64,000 nucleotides of DNA from an uncultured virus (IMG/VR IMGVR_UViG_3300025530_000412) (taxonomy: Duplodnaviria > Heunggongvirae > Uroviricota > Caudoviricetes): the IMG/VR virus record IMGVR_UViG_3300025530_000412; one strand, written 5' to 3'. Shown one piece after another: positions 8,985 to 19,600 of the stretch (its first letter is position 1; each line of letters opens with the position of its first letter). Made by a program: the position numbers and the translations under genes. Below the pieces are notes generated by a model, which did no database searches, was not told the DNA's origin, and saw nothing but the letters and a program-made list of their open reading frames with translations.

Positions 8985-10547
8985 TTAAGCAGGTTCAGCT
9001 TTTGCTAAAATATTAAAATAACCACCAGTCATAGCAAACTCATTTGATTTTACTCTTACATAAAATGAAACATCTTCACCGTCAGCGTATGTCCCATTAA
9101 ATCTTAATATAGGCTCAGGAATAAATGGATTTTGTGTTAAAGATATTTCAACTTCTACATGATCTGCAATATTTGGATTCTCGACATGAACTTGTAAATT
9201 ATTTATATCAAAACCAGAAAGATTGCGCAACCATACCCTTTGTGGAGTAGATGTTTGTCCTGCGATTAACAAGCCAATATTTAAGTATTTAAATACATTT
9301 CCTTTTTCATCAGCATAAATCCCATCTATACCTGTTCCATCATGAAATAAGAGTAAAGGTTTATTAAGCCATTTAATTGCCAATTTAGGTCTTATTGAAA
9401 TATTAGAATGAAATGGAGATGCAAAATGAATGTAATGAGTAATTACTCCTCGCTGATAATTAATAGTAAATCCATAAAAATTTTTACTAAGCGCATTTTT
9501 TAAATCGATTCTTTTCCACGTATTAGCACCAACGCTATTAGGTGGAAATTGCAAAAATGTTTGTTCACTATCTCTACTTGGTTGCTCACCATGACTCCAT
9601 GGTCTTTCTATTGTATTAAATGTAACTTGATAAGAAGAAGAACCATTTCTGTTAATACAATATAAATCAAGATAAAAATCAAGTATAACAGTATTAGAAG
9701 ATAACTCACTTTTAAATTGCTCAATAATTTGATAATATATCGCAGAATACCATATTGCAACGCCTGATGACATATTCATACCAAAAATTTCATCATTATG
9801 ATTGCCATCACTTCTATACATTTGTACTCCAGTTTGATCCTCAATAATAATCGAGGGGTCTATACAAACAGGATAGGCACTAGTTTCCAAAAACTGTTCA
9901 TCAGTTATTACAACAGTAAGTGTTTCAAATTCTCCATCATGTCCAAGAACATACTCTACTCCATCACTTCTAACACCATTTGCATCAATCATATAAGGTT
10001 TATCAAGTTTTGAAATTATTTCATTGGTGTCACTATTTAATATTGCTATATCACCATTATTTAATTGCGATACTGTCAATCCATGCATTTTTAATGTAAA
10101 TGTAAAACTTTTTTTATCCGTAGGACTTTTTATTATTATATTTTCTTTTAATCTATCATTAATAACCAAATATTGAACATCAATATTTGGATAACATTCG
10201 ATATATGTATATTCATTATTATTAATGGTTTTATCAATTGGGTGTGCATCTTTAAGTTTCAAATTTACCCATCGTTCAATTCCATTTTCATCAATAGTTT
10301 CAAAGCTAACCAAATGAATGTTTTCTTGCGTTGTGTCGGTAAAATATGCACGATAAATATTTTTTACAACAGCATCAGTAAACTCCCAAGTCATAACAGG
10401 TTCTATTGAAGTATCAATTTCTTTCCATTCGCCTGTTTCATCTTTATAATGGATTGGGTATGAATAAATTTCTTTTTGAAACTCACCATTCCCCAAATAA
10501 AATGTTTTGGAATAAGCATCTCTTTTTTTAATTACCTCAGTCGCCAC
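8985..10547 (-). CDS. Tail-associated protein with a WapA/RHS N-terminal-like region
   Basis: KRDAYSKTF..GNG...PIHYKD..G.WKEID, LKENIIIK, KPYMIDANG, YPVCIDPS. Confidence 0.55.
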   Translation of the reverse strand: MATEVIKKRDAYSKTFYLGNGEFQKEIYSYPIHYKDETGEWKEIDTSIEPVMTWEFTDAVVKNIYRAYFTDTTQENIHLVSFETIDENGIERWVNLKLKDAHPIDKTINNNEYTYIECYPNIDVQYLVINDRLKENIIIKSPTDKKSFTFTLKMHGLTVSQLNNGDIAILNSDTNEIISKLDKPYMIDANGVRSDGVEYVLGHDGEFETLTVVITDEQFLETSAYPVCIDPSIIIEDQTGVQMYRSDGNHNDEIFGMNMSSGVAIWYSAIYYQIIEQFKSELSSNTVILDFYLDLYCINRNGSSSYQVTFNTIERPWSHGEQPSRDSEQTFLQFPPNSVGANTWKRIDLKNALSKNFYGFTINYQRGVITHYIHFASPFHSNISIRPKLAIKWLNKPLLLFHDGTGIDGIYADEKGNVFKYLNIGLLIAGQTSTPQRVWLRNLSGFDINNLQVHVENPNIADHVEVEISLTQNPFIPEPILRFNGTYADGEDVSFYVRVKSNEFAMTGGYFNILAKAEPA

Positions 10548-11128
10548 GTAATTTCACCCCCAACGCCTTCAGATAAAGGTGCATCATATTCATCAATTAT
10601 CCTACCGTTTCCAATGATTAATAGCTTTCCATCCATCTTTTTGTTAGCAACCAATTTTAAATGAAATGTTGCTTGTTCGTTATAAGGAATCTGGCATATA
10701 GCTTGGAAGTTAATATTTATCCCATCTCCATATTCATTTTTTGTTTTATAACCAAAATTATATTGAGTAATACGACCCATAGATCGTCCAGTGCTTAAAT
10801 TACAAAACGATTCAGCATTTTTAAAAGCGATAATATCATTGTACAATTTACTTACTCCACTTAAAGAATAATTTGTATCATTGTATCGATAGATAAAATT
10901 AAATATCTTTCCTTGAATGACAAATATCCCTCTATATACCTCATAAAATAATTTGTGTCCACAGCCTATTAAACCAAATCTTATAATGGATTTCCTATCT
11001 ATATCATAAAAACTATTTTCCTTATGAGTTTTAAAATCAAATTCGGATAAATAAGACCCATTAGCATACTCTGCCAACCAAATAAAATCCTGTTCTACTG
11101 GTGAATATGGATTAACAAGATGAAACAT
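10532..11128 (-). CDS. Hypothetical phage tail-region protein
   Basis: ORF inside the tail operon; RBS GGGAGG before ATG 11128. Confidence 0.6.
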   Translation of the reverse strand: MFHLVNPYSPVEQDFIWLAEYANGSYLSEFDFKTHKENSFYDIDRKSIIRFGLIGCGHKLFYEVYRGIFVIQGKIFNFIYRYNDTNYSLSGVSKLYNDIIAFKNAESFCNLSTGRSMGRITQYNFGYKTKNEYGDGININFQAICQIPYNEQATFHLKLVANKKMDGKLLIIGNGRIIDEYDAPLSEGVGGEITWRLR

Positions 11129-11224
11129 AAAAATCCTCCCATTGTATTGTGAGTGTAAATAAAAAGGCATCCCCATATATTATTTGAGGATGCCCATAAT
11201 ACTCGTATAAAATTGTATTTTGTC

Positions 11225-11701
11225 TTAAATGTATTGATAAGCAATCCTTGTTAGAAAGCTAACATTTCCTGCTGTAGCCATAGCAGGAACATCAGCAACT
11301 AATGTTACTTTGGCAAAATTCGCTTTTGTAGCGGCAGTATTCATATTTCCATCATTGGCTGCACCAGAAATGATGCCGGGCGTGCCCTCCGCACCAATCA
11401 CTTTTGTAATAAGTCCTCCAATCCCATCATTAAATTCCGTTTCGCCCAATGAGTCCACTCTTACTTTAATCCACTTATCAACAACCAATTCCCCTGTGTT
11501 TCCTCCTGCATTATCTTTCGTTGTAATCGTACAGTTTGTCATGTCCGATAATGGACTTGAACCGCCTCTATTATTCCAAATCAAAAATGTTGTCGGTGCA
11601 GAAACAGTTCCCGCATCAACAGTACCAATATTCCATTCAGTTACTTGTGCTGTATTATTTGCATTGTACCAAAGTACTTCAGGTGCTGGCATAATTATCA
11701 T
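11225..11701 (-). CDS. Putative virion structural protein
   Basis: Small-residue-rich beta protein; strong RBS AAGGAG; followed by a terminator. Confidence 0.6.
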   Translation of the reverse strand: MIIMPAPEVLWYNANNTAQVTEWNIGTVDAGTVSAPTTFLIWNNRGGSSPLSDMTNCTITTKDNAGGNTGELVVDKWIKVRVDSLGETEFNDGIGGLITKVIGAEGTPGIISGAANDGNMNTAATKANFAKVTLVADVPAMATAGNVSFLTRIAYQYI

Positions 11702-11710
11702 ACTCCTTTT

Positions 11711-12874
11711 TTATATTTTAACTTCAATTTGTACAACAAAACTCCCCATTTCAACATCGGCTTGAAACAAGTTAATTCTAAAATAATCCCCTGCTTGAAC
11801 TTGGGGGTTATGAATAACATTATATGTACTTTTATTTTCACCAACTGCAAGAATAATATCGCACACATTTGACCAATTATTATTTGACAGAAAATTTGAC
11901 TCAGATATTTTTTCTATATTCATTACTGTGTTTTGTGTAACGCCTTCCGTTACACAAAAAGCATAAGCAGAAACAATTTCTCCATCAAAAGGAAAGCGAA
12001 TTACCGCTCTTTGAATTCCAAGTACTCTTGTATTTGGAATTACAAACACCATTGTTCTATATTCAAGTTTTTGGTGAAATTTTGTATAATCATCCGAACT
12101 CATAAGACCATCAGTTGTTTCGGATGCTAATGGGATAACCCCACCTGTCCAATTTTCAATTAATTCCCAACCGCCACCATTAATTCCATCAAATCGATAA
12201 ATATCACCAGTTTCTTTAACCATAACTCGCCAACCATTTTTAGGATTGGGGTATGTAGTGGCGATATCTTCAAAGGTATCAACAGGTTCCTTATAAATAA
12301 TGATGCTACTATCTCTAGCTTCTCTTGCCTCTTGAGCAGCCATTAATGCTTGTGTTCTTGCCCAATTTGCATTATCAGTAGCAGTATTGGCATTATTCGT
12401 TGCATTAATCGCATTCTGAATGATGACTTGAAGGTTATCAATGGCTAATTGTGTTTGATCTAGTTGGTTTTTTGCTTCATCAATAATATCCTGTAATGTC
12501 TTCACAATATCTGGGCTTCGATGTACCATGGCATAGACTCTAGAAGCAGGATACATAATAAAGCCGCGACCATAATATTCACATAAAAAGGTTTTCCCTT
12601 CTTGCGAAGGATGAAATTGCACGACTCCATTACTATAATTAACTAAGAATTGGCTTTCACCTATTTGTCTGACTCTTTCATAGGTTTCTTGAGAAATTTC
12701 CGTTAATCCTGATATTTTAACTTTGTGAGATTCAGAAGGAATTTCTAATAATGTAATAATGTTATTTATTACTGGCAACGAATCATACCTGTGCTTATAT
12801 GGGTCACTTGCATCTCCCTTTCGCCAATGGTATACAACGGGATCATTAAATTGTAAGTATGTTTGTATTGCCAA
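11711..12874 (-). CDS. Baseplate/tail-fibre attachment-like protein with a coiled-coil segment
   Basis: AINATNNANTATDNAN heptads; YPNPKNGW and LASETTDGLMS motifs typical of tail proteins. Confidence 0.6.
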   Translation of the reverse strand: MAIQTYLQFNDPVVYHWRKGDASDPYKHRYDSLPVINNIITLLEIPSESHKVKISGLTEISQETYERVRQIGESQFLVNYSNGVVQFHPSQEGKTFLCEYYGRGFIMYPASRVYAMVHRSPDIVKTLQDIIDEAKNQLDQTQLAIDNLQVIIQNAINATNNANTATDNANWARTQALMAAQEAREARDSSIIIYKEPVDTFEDIATTYPNPKNGWRVMVKETGDIYRFDGINGGGWELIENWTGGVIPLASETTDGLMSSDDYTKFHQKLEYRTMVFVIPNTRVLGIQRAVIRFPFDGEIVSAYAFCVTEGVTQNTVMNIEKISESNFLSNNNWSNVCDIILAVGENKSTYNVIHNPQVQAGDYFRINLFQADVEMGSFVVQIEVKI

Positions 12875-12891
12875 TATCTCACCTCCTTAAT

Positions 12892-13392
12892 TTAGCCAAT
12901 AAATACATTGCTACTTCCTTCTTGAATGGTTGTTGTATTTCCCAAATGTGTTGTTACTTGTGAACCAATAACTGCTACACTTTGACCACCAACATATACA
13001 TTCGATGAATTGCCAATGGTAATTTGACCGTAACCACTTCCTGATGTTCCGGGTCGTATGTTTCGATATTGGGTTGTGCTTGTATCTGGTGGAACAGAAG
13101 GATCAGCAATCCAAGATTCGTTTGTTTGGTCGCCAACTTTAGCTATGGGTTTCCCATTTACATAAACATTAGATGAAGTAACTACTTCGCCATTAATTTT
13201 TGCATGAGTACTACTTGAACCGGAATAAACCCAATCATAGACAGGGGGAACCCAGTAGATACAATTGCCATCTTCATCATAAGCACCACAATATCCCCCG
13301 CCTACTTGTTGATAAACATAAATGTCATATGTAACATGATTGTTTTTTACTGACTCAACAATTTTTGATGTGTTAAATGCTACCCCTGCCAT
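12892..13392 (-). CDS. PAAR-like spike-tip protein
   Basis: SSNVYVNGKPIAKVGD, SSNVYVGGQSVAVIGS and IQEGSSNVFIG repeats; RBS GGAGG before ATG 13392. Confidence 0.75.
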   Translation of the reverse strand: MAGVAFNTSKIVESVKNNHVTYDIYVYQQVGGGYCGAYDEDGNCIYWVPPVYDWVYSGSSSTHAKINGEVVTSSNVYVNGKPIAKVGDQTNESWIADPSVPPDTSTTQYRNIRPGTSGSGYGQITIGNSSNVYVGGQSVAVIGSQVTTHLGNTTTIQEGSSNVFIG

Positions 13393-13444
13393 AATTTCCT
13401 CCATTAAATTAAATAACCCGCCTTTTGGCGGGTTATTAATCAAA

Positions 13445-14134
13445 CTATTTCAGATTAATATAAAACGGAATTATATCTCTTGGCCCATTAATACTAACGT
13501 TAAAAATTACATTTTCACTATCAACATCAATATTACCCTTCTGAATAATTCCATTTTTAGTTTCTCCGGCTAATATAATATCCTCAAAATCTTTATCGTT
13601 AATAGTTCCAGCAACCTTAGCTTCTTTTCCGCTTACGTTATGATTGGCTCTCATAGGATGAGTAAAATATACTCTAATATAATCTTCTCTATTGTTGGTT
13701 ACAGTAACTTCAAAATCAGTCGAAGTTTCAGTGATTGTAATTGAATGAACTGTAATTACTACCCCATCTTTTTCTTTTGTTTGTGGCAATTTTGCAAAAA
13801 CAAACTCATCACTATCATTTGTTGTTAAATTTTTATTGCTATTAGATTCTTCAATGACATTTTCGTTTTCAATACTTGTCAGTGTAATCACCCCTTCACC
13901 AGTACCGTCAAATTCTACAGAATGATTTGTTAATTCTGCGACTTCACGAACTGGCAAATAAGTAGTCCCATTATTAATGAGAAGTGGTTTATTTTTTAAG
14001 GTCACTTCTTCACCATTAAGAATGATTTTATAATTTTTCACCTTTACTGATTTCACGACAAATTCTTCTGCTGCGTAACTGACACCTGAGAAAAACAAAG
14101 CCCCACAAAGAAATGCAATGACAATTTTCTTCAT
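13445..14134 (-). CDS. Moron: secreted protein with a copper amine oxidase N-terminal-like (stalk) domain
   Basis: Signal peptide MKKIVIAFLCGALFFSGVSYA; NGTTYLPVREVAE; own extended -10 (TGtgcTATAAT) and terminator at 13412-13437. Confidence 0.8.
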   Translation of the reverse strand: MKKIVIAFLCGALFFSGVSYAAEEFVVKSVKVKNYKIILNGEEVTLKNKPLLINNGTTYLPVREVAELTNHSVEFDGTGEGVITLTSIENENVIEESNSNKNLTTNDSDEFVFAKLPQTKEKDGVVITVHSITITETSTDFEVTVTNNREDYIRVYFTHPMRANHNVSGKEAKVAGTINDKDFEDIILAGETKNGIIQKGNIDVDSENVIFNVSINGPRDIIPFYINLK

Positions 14135-14216
14135 AATCTTACTCCCCTTTCCATGCTTTTCCTAAGATTATTATAGCACAGAAAGATTATTTTTGTAAGC
14201 ATAAAAAAATAAATTA

Positions 14217-17200
14217 TTAATTTAAATGTATACTTGAACCATTTAGTTTAATTTGACCAGTTGCATTTATATTAATTGCGCCAGTAATATTCATATTTAA
14301 CCCCGTTGTACTCAATGTAACCGAACTACCATTATGTAATTGAATTAAGATGGAATTACCATTTTCTGATATAGATATTTTTGAACCAGTAGAATGCTCC
14401 AATACAACTGCTCCATTTTCAGCAAATATTCGTATTTGCGAATCTTCAAAAAATATATTTCTCTCATATTCTGTAACACGAGCATAATATGTAAACTCCC
14501 ATAAATCAGTATATTTATATATAAATGATTTTCCTTTATTTCCTGTTCCTGAACCTTCTCCCATCTGTATATAAGGATAAGCGCCTAAACCAGTTCCATC
14601 AAATCCAATTATTAATTTCTCATGTTTGTTAATATTTAAATTGTATACGGGATAGGAAGTAACTTTGGTAGTAACCATTGATTTACTCGCATCTGTCCAA
14701 TATAACGGCGTTCCATCGTTGGTTGTTGCTTGTGCTCTCGAAGTAATTTGACCTGTTATCCATTTGGCTGTGTTATTTTCTGCGTTAATAAAATCAACGT
14801 ACATACCAACTGTATCTATTTTCCCCAATGTCTTTAGTTTATTAACTGTTAAATTAGCAATAAATCCGTCATCAGCCGTAACTGTATTAACTATAATATA
14901 CTGTGCAGTTATTGTACCAGCACCAATAATATCAAAATTATTCAAGTATAACTTTCTTTGTTCTGCATCTATTAATACTACATCTTCTGTCGCTCCACCA
15001 AATGGATCGGTAACTATTTTCAATCTTTTTGCTACTAGATCTTCTGCATGTAATATACCATTTAAATCTACGTAAAATTTCTTTGTCCAAAGGCTGCCAT
15101 TATTTCTTTCTATGCTTATTCCTTCTGTGGCATTAAGTTTCGTTCTTATTAAATTGTCACTTCTTTCAACTAAAATCCCATTCTGTGCATCGATCGTAAC
15201 CTTATTATAAGGAACGCCTAATAATAAAGAACTATACTTCAATGCATCAGTAATTTCATTAATAATCCTTCTTGCTTGGTCATAATAATTTTGAAATTTT
15301 TGAGTAAATTCCGTTCTATCTACGGTTGTGGTTTCATTCATATTTGCTAACAATGGTGTTATGTAATTGCCTAATTCTACATAAGCCGCTGTAAATGGAG
15401 GAATGTTTATGTGACTGATTGTTCCACCATCTCTAGCTGAATATTGATATTGCTGTGCTTGATACAATATTTTTTGATACTCCGTTTGTATGGTTTCCCA
15501 TTCTTGTTTAAGAGTTAATTTTTCAATTGGAGTTAATTTTCCATCCGTAATAATCTGTTGAAAGCGACCAATATTTAAATAATTAGTATTTGAATCAAGC
15601 AATAGATCGTCAAAATCATTTACAATTCTTAATCGTTTTGCTACTAAATCTTCTGCTCTAAATTCTCCTGATATATTGAAAAATAATTTTTTAACCCATG
15701 CCCCATTTTCAAAACGTTCAATTCCAATTCCTTCAGTGGCATTTAATTTACTTCTAACTAGTCCATCGGAACGAGTTACAATAATTCCGTTAATAGGATC
15801 GATACTGATCCCATTACTTAAAGTACCTTCAACATAATCCAGCCGAATTCCATTTCCATGAAAATAACCATCTAAGTCCAACCAAACCATATCAATATAG
15901 TTTAAACCGGATTTACGTTGAATTTTAAATCCATCATCTTCGGTCATAAAAACCCTGTTGACAATATTTGTATCATTACAATTGTCACTGGAATAACGAT
16001 TTAACATGATGCCAAATTTATCTGGATTTTCCTCAATTAACCCAAATTTCATAACTTCGCGATTACAACGGTCTGTGATGGTGGCTTTAGCCCCATGAAT
16101 TTCTAAGATGCCGTCGTCATCGCCAATGGTGACACGTTGGGTTAGAAGGATTTTCCCAAATAACCGTTCGGCAATAATTCCATCTGGTGTAATAGCCGTT
16201 TCATATCTTAATCCGCCTGATCTTGTAAGGGCCAATGCTCCATGTGTTGCCCTCAAAAATCTTAGCGAATCATTGGGGTCAAATATAGTTAAACCGTTTC
16301 GGTCATACACTACATATTCATTGCTGGCCATATTAATTTCGTTGGTAATTTTATCCCACAGATTATCAAAAAGTTTACTGATTTCGCTTACATCTGTAAC
16401 CGCTTTTCCCCATTTATTTTTCTCTAGACTAACCGTTGTTGATGTTCCAATACTTCTATATATGTACCTCTCTAACTTTCGATTTTCATCACTAATATCT
16501 TTTATGTTAGCGATTCTGAGTTGTATATTCCTGTCTTCAAAATCATATGATATCTCAATTATTTTCGCAGTTACTTTAGTGTTCATTCGTTCATATACAA
16601 CAGTAACATAATCCCCCAAAACCAATTTGTCCCAATTGCCTTGTTCTTCAATAACTTCTTTAAAATTCACGATATCAATATCAATAATCATTTGGGGCTT
16701 TTTAAATTCTTCAAACTTTTCTTTAGTTGCCTCATATAAATCGTGAGGGTCAATATAGTTTTGATCTTCAAACTCTCGTTCGATAATATAATTGCTTAGT
16801 TCATCCAATTGTTCTGTTGTAAAATTGTTTTCCATTGCCAAGATATTTCTAAGAGCTTCAATGTCATTATTTACGCTCTCTATTTGGTTATTTAACGTGT
16901 TAATTTCTAATTGCTTTTGAGAAATTTGCATCTGTTTATGGTCTAAACAATACTTTTCGATTAATGCATTCTCGTTACTCAAAGTGTCATATTCTTGTGT
17001 GGTAATGTTAGCAATTTGAATAAACACATCTACATTCGTAGCTGTTCCGTTAACATTTAATGCAATTGTACTCGTATTTTTAACCTTGCCCAATACTACC
17101 CAAGAACCCGCAGATAGATTCCTTTGAATCCCATCCAAACTAACTGTAATATTAGATGTTTGTGAAACTTTGCAAAGTACAACATAGGCATATTCAGGGC

Positions 17201-18275
17201 GTTTTGTCTTTTGGCTGATCGCAACAGGTGTCCCATTATACACAAATTTATGAAACCACATATTTTCGTCAAACTGTTGCGCGAGAACGATCTCATTAAT
17301 TTGCGCTTCTTGGTTTTTCAACGTAACCATTTCAATTTCTTTCTGACTAAGTGTGGATTGTAGGTTTTCTTTGTTTGTAAGATATGTATTAAATTCATTT
17401 TTCTTAGACTCAACTAATGCTTCATAATCCAATAGAGCATGGCACAATGAATCAGACATGTAATAACTGTGTTGGATTACCTGACCATTGGCATCACGTT
17501 CAAAAGGGTACATAAAATAGGAAAAATCTTGGATATAGTTCTGTCCAATTGGATTTACTCCATTAATGGACATGCCATCTTTACCAAATGCTTTTAGACG
17601 AGTGACCATCTCATCTGCATTGGACTCTTTTCCCATCGTCTTTAAATAATGGCCATACGAAAACTCAATTCCTCGATGGATGCCATGAAGTTCCGGTTTT
17701 ATAAAACTAACCAAACGATTTACCGTATCCCATTCGATAACCGCATTGTAAGTTTCACCAATTTGGTAAATCGCATCCAACACCGAAGTATTAGAAAAAT
17801 CAAATGAACGATATGTGGTTTCAAAATCAGCGTCTAGTGTTCCAATTCCCCAAGGGGTTTCTGCAAGCACATCTGTTAAAACATATCGAATATCCTTGGC
17901 TTCAACTTGATATCCTCGTAATAATTTATTTTTTAATTGATATGCTAATGAATAACAAAATACAGTTTTTGAATCTCCCTCTTCATCCATGCTATCTGTT
18001 ATTTTAACAATAATAAACCATTCTTTATAGTTACCAAACTCCATATAAATTAAGTATCTTTCTTTTAGTAAATCAACATTTTTATTTTTTACAAGTTGAT
18101 GATTGATATCTATCTCAAAAGGAATATCAAACTCCAAATCATTCAACTCAATTATTTTACTATTAAACCTTATATTATATGCTTCTGATAACTCAGCAAT
18201 AATTTCTCTATTTGGCCTAGTTAAATAAAGTCGCGGTTGCTCTGGTTTTTTGTTCCAATCAATAATCCCTAACAA
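14217..18275 (-). CDS. Tail hub/spike protein (prophage tail endopeptidase-like N-terminus, gp5/VgrG-like C-terminal beta repeats)
   Basis: VTRLKAFGKDG...QNYIQDFSYF, LGDYVTV, TAITPDGIIAERLFG; internal duplicated repeat; ends NITGAININATGQIKLNGSSIHLN. Confidence 0.8.
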   Translation of the reverse strand: MLGIIDWNKKPEQPRLYLTRPNREIIAELSEAYNIRFNSKIIELNDLEFDIPFEIDINHQLVKNKNVDLLKERYLIYMEFGNYKEWFIIVKITDSMDEEGDSKTVFCYSLAYQLKNKLLRGYQVEAKDIRYVLTDVLAETPWGIGTLDADFETTYRSFDFSNTSVLDAIYQIGETYNAVIEWDTVNRLVSFIKPELHGIHRGIEFSYGHYLKTMGKESNADEMVTRLKAFGKDGMSINGVNPIGQNYIQDFSYFMYPFERDANGQVIQHSYYMSDSLCHALLDYEALVESKKNEFNTYLTNKENLQSTLSQKEIEMVTLKNQEAQINEIVLAQQFDENMWFHKFVYNGTPVAISQKTKRPEYAYVVLCKVSQTSNITVSLDGIQRNLSAGSWVVLGKVKNTSTIALNVNGTATNVDVFIQIANITTQEYDTLSNENALIEKYCLDHKQMQISQKQLEINTLNNQIESVNNDIEALRNILAMENNFTTEQLDELSNYIIEREFEDQNYIDPHDLYEATKEKFEEFKKPQMIIDIDIVNFKEVIEEQGNWDKLVLGDYVTVVYERMNTKVTAKIIEISYDFEDRNIQLRIANIKDISDENRKLERYIYRSIGTSTTVSLEKNKWGKAVTDVSEISKLFDNLWDKITNEINMASNEYVVYDRNGLTIFDPNDSLRFLRATHGALALTRSGGLRYETAITPDGIIAERLFGKILLTQRVTIGDDDGILEIHGAKATITDRCNREVMKFGLIEENPDKFGIMLNRYSSDNCNDTNIVNRVFMTEDDGFKIQRKSGLNYIDMVWLDLDGYFHGNGIRLDYVEGTLSNGISIDPINGIIVTRSDGLVRSKLNATEGIGIERFENGAWVKKLFFNISGEFRAEDLVAKRLRIVNDFDDLLLDSNTNYLNIGRFQQIITDGKLTPIEKLTLKQEWETIQTEYQKILYQAQQYQYSARDGGTISHINIPPFTAAYVELGNYITPLLANMNETTTVDRTEFTQKFQNYYDQARRIINEITDALKYSSLLLGVPYNKVTIDAQNGILVERSDNLIRTKLNATEGISIERNNGSLWTKKFYVDLNGILHAEDLVAKRLKIVTDPFGGATEDVVLIDAEQRKLYLNNFDIIGAGTITAQYIIVNTVTADDGFIANLTVNKLKTLGKIDTVGMYVDFINAENNTAKWITGQITSRAQATTNDGTPLYWTDASKSMVTTKVTSYPVYNLNINKHEKLIIGFDGTGLGAYPYIQMGEGSGTGNKGKSFIYKYTDLWEFTYYARVTEYERNIFFEDSQIRIFAENGAVVLEHSTGSKISISENGNSILIQLHNGSSVTLSTTGLNMNITGAININATGQIKLNGSSIHLN

Positions 18276-18289
18276 AATTTCACCTCCTT

Positions 18290-18931
18290 TTATCTCAAAT
18301 ATTTATATTGATATCTAAATTGGATTTGTGCATTCCCCACCACACGCAATATATTTTCACCATAAACAAATTCAAGATATTCGTTATTGAAATTGCTATA
18401 CCTATATGTCATAGGCAAACTGGTTTCAATATATCTGCGCTCTCCATGTATATATAACTTTTCACCATCTAACAAGTTGGTAAATTTAAATTCTTGGTTG
18501 CCATTGGAAGTATTAATAATCGAAATATCGCCATTCCCCGTTTTCGTAATCCATATTTCCGGATAAATTTTTCTGTCTCCCTTATTTTCAAAATAAATAA
18601 TGGGCTCAAAATAAAAAGTAACCTTTGTTAAGCTTGGGCTTAAGTTAGCCTCATTTGTACTTTCGAAAACACGGTATCTAAATTTAACGTTTTTTAAAGA
18701 GATATGACTTTCTAAATCAGGTATCATTCCACCGTTCTCAACTTTTTTCCAGTCTGTCCAATCATAGCCCCCATCAAAAGATACACTGGTTTCAATGGCA
18801 ATATTCGTTCCTTCTGGTTCATTACTTTCCCAAGATATATTTGTAATTGCTCCATCTCCATCTAGATTCAAAGTAAAAATCGGTGATACACGCATACCTC
18901 TAAATTTTGCTAAATCTGACCACTTAGCCAT
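18290..18931 (-). CDS. Distal tail protein (Dit), C-terminal part
   Basis: ENKGD..IYPEIWI...FNNEYLEFVYGENILRV.G...FRYQYKY, a Dit C-terminus. Confidence 0.7.
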   Translation of the reverse strand: MAKWSDLAKFRGMRVSPIFTLNLDGDGAITNISWESNEPEGTNIAIETSVSFDGGYDWTDWKKVENGGMIPDLESHISLKNVKFRYRVFESTNEANLSPSLTKVTFYFEPIIYFENKGDRKIYPEIWITKTGNGDISIINTSNGNQEFKFTNLLDGEKLYIHGERRYIETSLPMTYRYSNFNNEYLEFVYGENILRVVGNAQIQFRYQYKYLR

Positions 18932-18948
18932 TTTTCATCATCCCATAC

Positions 18949-19584
18949 TTATTCAATTTTTCCAAATGGTCGAAAATGTGCTGCTACACCTTTTTCTTTC
19001 CATGTCACAATACGATAACCAACCCAAACGACTTGATTGTCATTTACTGATTCACCATCAACTATCGTCCATGTAGGTTCAGAAATTCCAGAAAGGCCTG
19101 CAACTGTACAAACATAAAATCGATTATTCTCTATAGATGGAAGAACTATATCACCTTCATTATAGTTTTTAGATGGAGTCCAGTATGAATATCCGTAAAT
19201 ATCTCTAACTGTTTCACCAGAAATCGTTGGAAATGATGGAACATTTACCCCACTATATCCAGATTGAACACATTCATAATAGTGACCATTATCATTGGGC
19301 GGAATGATCAGGTCGCCAACTGAATATGAAGTTAGGCTATTCCAAACTGGTGCAGCCATCCCTTCACGAAGATTTACCCAACCAACATAATCTCCAATGG
19401 ACGGATTCTTTTTATAAACACGTCTACTTATTTTCCAAAAACCACTAGCAGGTGCTTCATCCATATAAATATCAGCAATTTCATCTAGTTTCGAAAAGTT
19501 GTTATATAAATCCATGATCGTTTGATGAATTTGATCTTCAATTTCAGGTAATATCAAACCGATGTTAGAACTTACACTTGACAC
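18949..19584 (-). CDS. Carbohydrate-binding-repeat protein inserted between the Dit halves
   Basis: Two W.....Y..GD.I.P...N...Y.C...G.SG...P repeats; RBS AGAGGTGA before GTG 19584. Confidence 0.65.
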   Translation of the reverse strand: MSSVSSNIGLILPEIEDQIHQTIMDLYNNFSKLDEIADIYMDEAPASGFWKISRRVYKKNPSIGDYVGWVNLREGMAAPVWNSLTSYSVGDLIIPPNDNGHYYECVQSGYSGVNVPSFPTISGETVRDIYGYSYWTPSKNYNEGDIVLPSIENNRFYVCTVAGLSGISEPTWTIVDGESVNDNQVVWVGYRIVTWKEKGVAAHFRPFGKIE

Positions 19585-19600
19585 AAAATCACCTCTTTGC

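Noticed and set aside
11310..16611. Plus-strand ORFs such as 11310..11765, 14764..15075 and 16108..16611
   Set aside because: Antisense shadows of well-supported minus-strand tail genes
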